From contig JBLDXI010000064.1 in NCBI GenBank assembly GCA_047495785.1, positions 372,001 to 436,000 of the forward strand: DNA of 64,000 nucleotides, in the 5' to 3' direction. Below, piece by piece: positions 53,567-64,000 of the stretch (position 1 is the first letter of the stretch; the number at the start of each line of letters is the position of its first letter). The notes beneath the pieces are model-generated. The model was given only the letters and a program-made list of their open reading frames with translations. It was not told where the DNA came from and did no database searches. This DNA is from Lepidodermella squamata (lineage: Eukaryota; Animalia; Gastrotricha). The translations under genes were made by a program, and so were the position numbers.

Positions 53567-56548
53567 GATTGCGCGAACCAACCCGATAGGGTTCCCCTAG
53601 CGGCGGAGCCGCAGCCTGAACCGGAGGTCCAGCGCCTCTCTCTCAACTTCGCCGGTCGAGGCGACTATGGTAGAGGCGTTTTGCGCTGGACGAAAAACAA
53701 ACCTAGGGAAACGAATTTTAACGATAAAAATATGGAAAAATAAGTCTTAGATAGATCTTTTTTCGAAGTTATTGACAAACTTTTTTTTGCAAGTTTCACC
53801 ATACGGCTGATTTTTGGCGATTTTTTATTCATAAAATAACTGCTCCACCGCTCATTAATATTCATGAGCTACTTACGCCGCCGTCTGGGTCACGGTTACC
53901 GGCACCCTCATGACCGAGGTTAATTACCTCACACGCGAGAGCCGGGTCGTTGCGATGCATCTCTTCGAAATTTCAATCTAAAACCAGTTTGGCGGCCCTC
54001 CCTGGGGGGAGGGCAGCATCAGTGACATTCTACGGAAAATTCTGCATCGAACAGTCTAAATTTGGACGCTGGGCGATAAACGGTTGATTTTTTATTGAAT
54101 TTACAAGTTGCGCGCACTTGAAAAAGTAGCCCTCACTAACTGTATGTGAAACTTTCAAGGCGCGGGTGCCACCCAGATAGCTGCGGAATTTGTCGGGACA
54201 AAGTCGGTTTTTTAGATAGTAGAAAAGATGGCCGATTTTTTGGTACCAAAACCGCTGCGAGATTCGCAAGATTTCCTTTGACTATAGCGTTTGGCGCGCG
54301 ATAGATTTTTAGTGAAAATTAAAATTTCAGTTTTTTGGAGTTTCGTCAATTTTTTTGACACCTCACCCGGTTAGCGCTCAGGTTTAATTGCACGTAGAAT
54401 GTAGCAAATTTTGCGCAGAATTTTTAGAGACCAGCCGCGTCATTGTAGCCCTCATGGTTGTTGCACTATAAGAGGCGCGGCAAATCGCGTTTTCAGCCTA
54501 TTTTTAGCGCGCCGGCGGCGCTCACACACACACTCAGGGTCGATTTCGGTCAAATATTAAGCACGTGCAGTAGTTTTGTGCGCACATACAAATCATTCAG
54601 TCCGACGTAAAATTTCAAGACGAATCGAACGAGACCGCGCCCATCGCCGTAGCACTCACAGTTATTTCCCTATAGAAGGCGCGGTCTATCCACCTTAAAA
54701 TTTCAAAATTTCGATGTTTTTGTTATTTTTTCGCGACAGTTTGGAAGAGTCCCTGTGTTATAATGCAACCATTTCTAGTACAAAAATTGACGGGCTTTCG
54801 AACGGTGAAAACCGCATGTCACCACCTATCACGGTTGGTTGCCTATTATAAGCCTCGCGGTAAAATGTGAGATAAAAATCAAAGCAAGTACATTTCGAAA
54901 TTTCGCTTTTATATTTACGGGTCATATTTCACTGCGACTTTTCATGAGACATAAGTTATTCGGAGCGTTCTACTTGACGGTACATGGTACATGCCTCGCA
55001 TTCATAAGACACGCCCATTTGATGCCACGCCCAAGCCAACGCCAATTTTTATATATTTTGTTGACCAACTTTGTACTCTCATGTTCCTCATTTTCTTCAT
55101 TCGCGCTGTTATATAAATGATTCCAACGCTTAGAGCATAGTAGGCTGGATAATTTAAGACCAGGCTGGTCGTTTTAGCCCTTTTTTTTTATGGAGCTACT
55201 TATTTATGGAGCGGTAAAATTTCAATTTTTTCGGCTGTCGTCAATTTTTTTGACACCTCACCCGGGTAGCGCTCAGGTTTAATTGCACGTAGAATTTTGC
55301 GCAGAATTTTTTGAGACCAGCCGGGTCATTGTAGCCCTCATGGTTGTTGCACTATAAGAGGCGCGGCAAATCGCGTTTTTCAACCTATTTTTAGCGTGCC
55401 GGCCGCACTCACGCGCTCACAGTGAGTCGATATCTGTCAAATTTAAAACACATGCAGCAGCTTTGTGCGCACATAGCAATAATACAGGCGGACGTAGAAT
55501 TTCAAGACGAATCGAACGAGCCTAGGCCCATCGTCGTAGCCCTTATGTTTTTTTGTGTATAAGCGCCGCGGTAAATCTTGCTTCGATCCACCTTAAAACT
55601 GGAAAATTTCGAAATTTCGATTTTTTTGTGAATTTTTTCGCGACAATACGGAAGCGTCCGGGCGTTATTTAATTTCCATTGCTAGTGCAACATTTCACGG
55701 GCTATGCAACAGTGACAACCGCAAGTCAATATCAGCTACCGTTTTTTGCTCGTAGCCCACGCGGTAAAATTAGAGATAAAAACAAACCAAGCATATTTTG
55801 AAATTTCGCTTGCCCGATTCTGGGTCTTATTCAACAGCATGTTCAGTTGCGAATTTTCATGAGAAATGGGTAACTCGAGGCGCTCTGTCGAACGGTACAT
55901 GTCTCACTTTCACGAGGCGCACCTATTTGACAGCACACCATATGCCAGGGTCAAATTTTGAGCAGGGCCGCGCCAACAGGCAAACAAGTTTCAAATATAT
56001 GTATCTTATGTTATTTGATAGCTTGAGTTATTTGCTATATCCTGGAGCTGTTTTTTGTCAAAATATTCAAATTTTGGCACTAAAATTGACCAAAAACTGA
56101 TTTTCGACATGAAATGTGCTGCCGGTGACGCCCGTGTTTTTCGTTGACGATATGAAAACCAATTCTCTTTGGATCATGGTAAATTAACTTGTAAGCCTGT
56201 TCTCCTATTTTTAGCTTATTTCGAGGTAATAATGCAGAAACCGCAATTTGTACATAATGAAATTATATTGAGGGTAACAATATAAGTGTGCGCCGCCGCC
56301 GTTAACCGGGTCGTGACCCAGATAACCAGTTAACAAGGTAATAAGATGTAGATAGGTTTATTAAGGCATCGATTACTGCATTTTCGAGAGAATATTGAAG
56401 ATTCGGGAGGGGCGAAAAAAGTTCCCCTCCAAGATGGCTAGGAGGGGAATTTCAAGGGGTAGTGACGTAACCCGCCTAAACTTGTCATGCTCAGCGCAAA
56501 GCTGCCAAAACGAACCAAATAATTTCCTAGCATGGTTTTTTACTGGAT
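53567..56548 (+). mobile_element. Type B element, diverged copy
   Basis: Same termini as 5266-8268 with many internal substitutions. Confidence 0.85.
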
Positions 56549-59500
56549 GGTTGCGCACCAAAGGTCCCACAGGGACGGAGTCCCCAATAAGCGATAGAGT
56601 ACGGCGCATCAGCTACTGCTGATGCGGAAGGGGTTATAGGAAATTTTGGGGAAACTCCTAGGGAAACTCCTGTGATAGCTGTAAAATTCCAAAAAATACC
56701 AAAAAATCGGCCATGTTTCAAAACCTCCAATAACTTTTCTTCAAACATAGCGAACAAACTACTGATTTTTAAACAATAAAAAACGAAAAAATCGCTCTTC
56801 CGGTTACGCAATTGCGCAACTACCTTGACCTAACGGCGTAAGGTCACCGTAGCCGGTCGCCAGCACCGCGCGCTGTCGCGCGCGCACACGACCACACACG
56901 CGTAATCACCGGCGCTCATTATAACCGCGCGCACCTGTGGCTGCGCAACTGCGCCATTCTTTTTATTGTTGTGCGCGCGCTGATTATTAACAGCTTGGTT
57001 GCAAACACGTTTGTCGGCCGCAATCCCCTTCACAACATCACACACGTCTCAGTGAGCAGCCCAAATGTGCACAATTCTTCGCCGATTCTAACGATATAGG
57101 CCACGCCTATACTCCAATAACAGGTGATTAGTCAACGTTGACTTTTCAATTGTTCACGCGGGCGAACACATTGAAGGACGTATTTACCAAGTGTTTTCAC
57201 GCAATTCGCTGCGAAACAAAAACTGCGCGCAGATAATTTTTATATCATTAACTGCAGAATTCTTTGCCATTACTTTCAATATCAAACACGCTCATACACG
57301 CACAAGCTGAAATGATAAAAAATTAGCCTTGTTGCACAGTCATGTTATTGTGCGTACTTGTTGTGCGCGCGCTGATTATTAACAGCTTGGTTGCAAACAC
57401 GTTTGTCGGCCGCAATCCCCTTCACAACATCACACACGTCTCAGTGAGCAGCCCAAATGTGCACAATTCTTCGCCGATTCTAACGATATAGGCCACGCCT
57501 ATACTCCAATAACAGGTGATTAGTCAACGTTGACTTTTCAAGTGTTCACGCGGGCGAACACTGACTTCCTTGTTCTTCATGCCTCCCTCCCCCCGGGGAG
57601 GGAGGCAGCTTGTCATAGTTAAATTGTTTTCAACGGCGTAACCACAGTGTGCGCACAGTAACAATAGAGCGCCGGTGATTACGCTTCTGTGGTCGTGTGC
57701 GCGGCGCTGGCGACTGGCTCCGGTGACCTAGCGCCGTTAGGTCAACGTAATTACGCAATTGTGTAACCGAAAAGGCGATTTTTTCGTATTAAAATGTTTT
57801 AAAATCAGTAGTTTGTTCGTTATATTTGAAGAAAAGTTATTGGAGGTTTTGAAACATGGCCGATTTTTTGGTATTTTTTGCAATTTTACAGCTATCACAG
57901 GAGTTTCCCTAGGAGTTTCCCCAAAATTTCCTATAACCCCTTCCGCATCAGCAGTAGCTGATGCGCCGTACTCTATCGCTTATTGGGGACTCCGTCCCTG
58001 TGGGACCGTTGGTGCGCAATCATCTAGCAAAAGTTGTAGAATTTCAACTGGCACGCTCTCAGTTGCAACAGTCATCAACGTAGTGTAGCCTCTGCTATTT
58101 TTGACTTCCGTGGAAGCTTTGCGATCCAGTAAAAAACCATGCTAGGACATTAATTTGGTTCGTTTTGGCAGCCACCATCGCCACCACCGCGCGCTATCGC
58201 GCGCGCACACGACCACACACGCGTAATCACCGGCGCTCATTATAACCGCGCGCACCTGTGGCTGCGCAACTGCGCCATTCTTTTTATTGTATCGCCGTTA
58301 AAAACTTTTTATGAATTACCGGCTGCCTCCCTCCCCCGGGGGAGGGAGGCATCAGTTATCTTTCTTAAAAAACATGATGTTCAACCCCGGTTTGGAGGGT
58401 GGGGGAAATAAAAACCGGCCGATCTTATTTCATCAATAACTTCACTAAAAATAATCCGATTTTGAAAATTTTTGCGGCAACCGGCAGCTGGTGCCCCGTT
58501 TTTCTAGATGGTTGCGCACCAAAGGTCCCACAGGGACGGAGTCCCCAATAAGCGATAGAGTACGGCGCATCAGCTACTGCTGATGCGGAAGGGGTTATAG
58601 GAAATTTTGGGGAAACTCCTAGGGAAACTCCTGTGATAGCTGTAAAATTCCAAAAAATACCAAAAAATCGGCCATGTTTCAAAACCTCCAATAACTTTTC
58701 TTCAAACATAGCGAACAAACTACTGATTTTTAAACAATAAAAAACGAAAAAATCGCTCTTCCGGTTACGCAATTGCGCAACTACCTTGACCTAACGGCGT
58801 AAGGTCACCGTAGCCGGTCGCCAGCACCGCGCGCTGTCGCGCGCGCACACGACCACACACGCGTAATCACCGGCGCTCATTATAACCGCGCGCACCTGTG
58901 GCTGCGCAACTGCGCCATTCTTTTTATTGTATCGCCGTTAAAAACTTTTTATGAATTACCGGCTGCCTCCCTCCCCCGGGGGAGGGAGGCATCAGTTATC
59001 TTTCTTAAAAAACATGATGTTCAACCCCGGTTTGGAGGGTGGGGGAAATAAAAACCGGCCGATCTTATTTCATCAATAACTTCACTAAAAATAATCCGAT
59101 TTTGAAAATTTTTGCGGCAACCGGCAGCTGGTGCCCCGTTTTTCTAGATGGTTGCGCACCAAAGGTCCCACAGGGACGGAGTCCCCAATAAGCGATAGAG
59201 TACGGCGCATCAGCTACTGCTGATGCGGAAGGGGTTATAGGAAATTTTGGGGAAACTCCTAGGGAAACTCCTGTGATAGCTGTAAAATTCCAAAAAATAC
59301 CAAAAAATCGGCCATGTTTCAAAACCTCCAATAATTTTTCTTCAAACATACCGAACAAACTACTGATTTTTAAACAATTAAAAACGAAAAAATCGTTTCT
59401 TCGGTTACGCAATTGCGCAACTACCTTAACCTAACGGCGTAAGGTCACCGGAGCCGGTCGCCACCACCGCGCGCTGTCGCGCGCGCACACGACCACACAC

Positions 59501-61751
59501 GCGTAATCACCGGCGCTCATTATAACCGCACGCACACTGTGGCTGCGCCACTGCGCCATTCTTTTTGTTTATTGCCGTTAAAAACTTTTTATGAATTACC
59601 GTCTGCCTCCCTCCCCCGGGGGAGGGAGGCATCAGTTATCTTTCTTAAAAAACATGATATTTAACTCCGGTTTGGAGGGTGGGGGAAATAAAAACCGGCC
59701 GACCTTATTTCTTCAATAACTTCACCAAAAATAATCCGAATTTGAAAATTTTTGCGGCAACCGGCAGCTGGTGCCCCGTTTTTCTAGATGGTTGCGCACC
59801 AAAGGTCCCACAGGGACGGAGTCCCCAATACAAAATGCCGCATGGCGCTTTAGCTATCGCTGCCAAGCGTATGAGGTATATGGCGGTACCACATTTTTCG
59901 CATAGGGAAACGAATATTACAGTTACAAAATTAAAAAAAATACTGAAAAATCGGCGAGCTTTTTAAGTCTCATGTAAAAACTTTCCAGCATAATCGCAAT
60001 AATTTCTGATTTTTAAACAATTAAAAACGAAAAAATCGCTTTATTGATTACGCAACAACTTGACCTAACGGCGCTAGGTCACCGGTGCCGTACGCCACCA
60101 CCGCCGCGCGCGCGACGGACGCGCGCGCACACGACACCTATTGCGTAATCGCCGGCGCACAGCTATAACCGCGCGCACATTGTGGTAGCGCTAGGAGCGC
60201 AACAGGTAGTGGCGCTCGAAACTTTTTATATGCCGTTAAAAACTTTTTATGAATTACCGGCTGCCTCCCTCCCCCGGGGGAGGGAGGCTTCAATCATCTT
60301 TCTTAAAAAACATGATATTCAACCCCAGTTTGGAGGGTGGGGGGAAATAAAAACCGGCCGATCTTATTTCATCTATAACTTCACCAAAAATAATCCGATT
60401 TTGAAAATTTTTGCGGCAACCGGCAGCTGGTGCCCCGTTTTTCTAGATGGTTGCGCACCAAAGGTCCCACAGGGACGGAGTCCCCAATACAAAATGCCGC
60501 ATGGCGCTTTAGCTATCGCTGCCAAGCGTATGAGGTATATGGCGGTGCTGCATTTTTCGCGTAGGGAAACGAATATTTCAGTTATAAATATGAAAAAAAT
60601 ACTGAAAAATCGGCGAGCCTTTCAAGTCTCAGGTAAAAACTTTCCACCATAATCGCAATTATTCCTGATTTTTAACAAATTAAAAACGAAAAAATCGCTT
60701 TATCGATGACGCAACAACTTGACCTAACGGCGCGAGGTCACCGGTGCCGTACGCCACCACCGCCGCGCGCGCGACGGTCGCGCGCGCACACGACACCTAT
60801 TGCGTAATCGCCGGCGCTCTATTGTTAACTCACGCGCTCTGTGGCAGCGCTAGGAGCGCAACAGGTAGTGGCGCTCGAAACTTTTTATTCGCCGTTAAAA
60901 ACTTTTTATGAATTACCAGCTGCCTCCCTCCCCCGGGGGAGGGAGGCATCAGTTATCTTTCTTAAAAAACATGATATTCAAACCCGGTTTGGAGGGTGGG
61001 GGAAATAAAAACCGGCCGATCTTATTTCATCAATAACTTCACCAAAAATAATCCGATTTTGAAAATTTTTGCGGCAACCGGCAGCTGGTGCCCCGTTTTT
61101 CTAGATGATTGCGCACCAAAGGTCCCACAGGGACGGAGTCCCCAATACAAAATGCCGCATGGCGCTTTAGCTATCGCTGCCAAGCGTATGAGGTATATGG
61201 CGGTACCACATTTTTCGCATAGGGAAACGAATATTACAGTTACAAAAATTAGAAAAATACCGAAAAATTGGCGAGCCTTTCAAGTCTCAGGTAAAAACTT
61301 TCCAATATAATCGCAATAATTTCTGATTTTTAATAAATTAAAAACGAAAAAATCGCTTTATCGATGACGCAACAACTTGACCTAACGGCGCTAGGTCACC
61401 GGTGCCGTACGCCACCACCGCCGCGCGCGCGCACACGACACCTATTGCGTAATCGCCGGCGCTCTATTGTTAACTCACGCGCTCTGTGGCAGCGCTAGGA
61501 GCGCAACAGGTAGTGGCGCTCGAAACTTTTTATATGCCGTTAAAAACTTTTTATGAATTACCGGCTGCCTCCCTCCCCCGGGGGAGGGAGGCATCAGTTA
61601 TCTTTCTTAAAAAACATGATGTTCAACCCCGGTTTGGAGGGTGGGGGAAATAAAAACCGGCCGACCTTATTTCATCAATAACTTCACCAAAAATAATCCG
61701 ATTTTGAAAATTTTTGCGGCAACCGGCAGCTGGTGCCCCGTTTTTCTAGAT
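56549..61751 (+). mobile_element. Six type A units (56549-58509 interrupted, 58510-59149, 59150-59789, 59790-60448, 60449-61106, 61107-61751)
   Basis: Repeated CTAGAT|GGTTG or CTAGAT|GATTG junctions. Confidence 0.9.
56966..58172 (-). other. Inverted templated insertion: type B 3' end + ankyrin segment 3 + large-element 5' end + ~1.5 copies of the 392-bp repeat
   Basis: Reverse complement of 8222-8268 + 8925-9026 + 10974-~12030. Flanked by a ~110 bp re-copy of the host unit, with ttgt microhomology at the left junction. Confidence 0.9.
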
Positions 61752-64000
61752 GATTGCGCGAACCAACCCGATAGGGTTCCCCTAGCGGCGGAGCCGCAGC
61801 CTGAACCGGAGGTCCAGCGCCTCTCTCTCAACTTCGCCGGTCGAGGCGACTATGGTAGAGGCGTTTTGCGCTGGACGAAAAACAAACCTAGGGAAACGAA
61901 TTTTAACGATAAAAATATGGAAAAATAAGTCGTAGATAGATCTTTTTTCGAAGTTATGGACAAACTTTTTTTTGCAAGTTTCACCATACGGCTGATTTTT
62001 GGCGATTTTTTATTCATAAAAAAAATGGAGAACTGCTCATTAATATTCATGAGCTGCTTACGCCGCCGTCTGGGTCACGGATACCGGCACCCTCATGACC
62101 GAGGTTGATTGCATCACACGCGAGAGCCAGGTCGTTGCGGCGCGTCTCTTCGAAATTTCAATTTAAAACCAGTTTGGCGGCCCTCCCTGGGGGGAGGGCT
62201 GCATCAGTGACATTCTGCTAAAAATTCTGCATCGAACAGTCTAAATTTTGTTGATAGGCGATGAACGGTTGATTTTCTATCGAATTTACAAGTTGCGCGT
62301 ACATGAAAAAGTGGCGCTCACTCACTGTGTGTGAAATTTTCAAGGCGCGTGTGACACCCAGATAGGTGCATAATTTGTCGTGACAAAGTCGGATTTTTAG
62401 ATACTAGGAAGGACGGCCGATTTTTTGGTACCAAAACCGCCGTAAGATTCGCAAGATTTCCTTTGACTATAGCGTTTGGCGCGCGATTGATTTTTAGTAA
62501 AATTAAAAATTTCAATTTTGTCGAGTTTCGTCAATTTTTTTTGACACCTCACCCTGGTAGCGCTCATGTTTGAATGCACGTAGAATGTAGCAAATTTTGC
62601 GCTGAATTTTTAGAGACCAACCTCGTCATTGTAACCCTCATGGTTGTTGCACTATAAGAGGCGCGGTAAATCGCATTTTTCAACCCATTTTTAGTGCGCG
62701 GCGGCGCTCACACACACACTCAGGGTCGATTTCGGTCAAATATTGAGCACGTGCAGTAGTCTTGTGCGCACATACAAATCATTCAGTCCGACGTAAAATT
62801 TCAAGACGAATCGAACGAGACCACGCCCATCGTCGTAGCACTCACAGTTATTTGCCTATAGAAGGCGCGGTCTATCCACCTTAAAATTTCAAAATTTCGA
62901 TGTTTTTGTGATTTTTTCGCGACAGTTTGGAAGAGTCCCTGTGTAATAATGCAACTATTTCTAGTACAAAAATTGACGGGCTTTCGAGCGGTGAAAACCG
63001 CATGTCACCACCTATAACGGTTGTTTGCCTATAAGCCTCGCGGTGAAATGTGAGATAAAAATCAAAGCAAGTACATTTCGAAATTTCGCTTTTATATTTA
63101 CGGGTCATATTTCGCTGCGACTTCATTGACGAATTTTCATGAGACATAAGTTATTCGGGGCGTTCTACTTGACGGTACATGCCTCACATTCATAAGACAC
63201 ACCTATTTGATGCCACGCCCAAGCCAAAGTCAATTTTTATATATTTTGTTGACCAACTTTGCAATCTCATGTTCCTCATTTTCTTCATTCCCGCTGTTAT
63301 ATAAATGATTCTAACGCTTAGAGCATAGTAGGCTGGCCAATTAAAGACCAGGCTGGTCGTTTTAGCCCTTTTATTTATGGAGCTACTTATTTATCGCGCG
63401 GTAAAATATCAATTTTTTCGGCTATCGTCAATTTTTTTGACACCTCACCCGCGTAGCGCTCGTATTTGAATGACCCTAGATTGTAGCAAATTTTGCGCAG
63501 AATTTTTAGAGACCAGCCGCGTCATTGTAGCCCACATGGTTGTTGCACTATAAGAGGCGCGGCAAATCGCGTTTTTCAGCCGATTTTTAGTGCGCAGCGG
63601 CGCTCACACACGCACTCACACGCACTTTCTGTCAAATTTGAAACACATGCAGCAGTGTTGTGCGCACATACCCGTTACACAGGCCGACGTAGAATTTCAA
63701 GACGAACCGAACAAGACTAAGCCCATCTTCGTAGCCCTCATAGTTATTTGCCTATAGTAGGCGCGGTAGAACTTGTTTTGATCCAACTTAAAACTTGAAA
63801 TTTCGAGATTTCGACGTTTTTGTGAATTTTTTCGCGACAATACAGAAGCGACCGGGCGTAATGTAATAGCCATATCTAGTACAACATTTCACGGGCTATC
63901 CACGGGTGAAAACCGCAAGCCGATATCAGCTGCCGTTTTTTGCCCGTAAGCCTCGCGGTAAAATTTGAGATAAAAAACAAGCCCTATCAATTTCAAAATA
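61752..64000 (+). mobile_element. Type B element, truncated by the window end
   Basis: Near-identical to 5266 onward. Confidence 0.88.

Noticed and set aside
2390-63720. Recurrent short ORFs in type A and B units (MGEIKTG.., MAALEYL.., MRNRKSD.., MSHENSS..)
   Set aside because: Mostly non-ATG starts, lengths vary by indels between copies, and they cross element junctions; no evidence of coding constraint.
1-64000. Assignment of host species
   Set aside because: Short introns and trypsin/CCP domains suggest an invertebrate animal, but nothing in the window is diagnostic.

Overview
Eukaryotic, probably animal, genomic DNA with short GT-AG introns. The first ~1.9 kb holds a spliced host gene: trypsin-like protease, two sushi/CCP-like modules, then ankyrin repeats. 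Almost everything after 1861 is one rolling-circle (Helitron-like) transposon family inserted at the same position in three different ankyrin repeats, the L-L-L-D codons (CTRGAT^CGC). Each element ends in ...CTRGAT and so regenerates the target. All copies are head-to-tail and in one orientation: 1 copy at site 1, 6 at site 2, and a >55 kb pile-up at site 3 that runs off the window. The family includes 17 short (~620-660 bp) non-autonomous units in three subtypes, three ~3 kb elements of a second type (one cut by the window end), and one ~41 kb composite element with the same termini as the short units. The composite carries 392-bp and 425-bp tandem arrays, a ~10 kb internal duplication, two accessory genes and a ~10-exon gene for an OTU protease + HUH Rep + Pif1 helicase + GIY-YIG nuclease polyprotein, with one apparent frameshift. 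An inverted copy at 57-58 kb preserves the ankyrin junctions without four of the units, so it works as an internal empty-site control. The short units also begin G|GT and end TTTTTCTAG|AT, so they could be spliced out in frame. All calls come from reading motifs and junctions by eye; no database searches were run.
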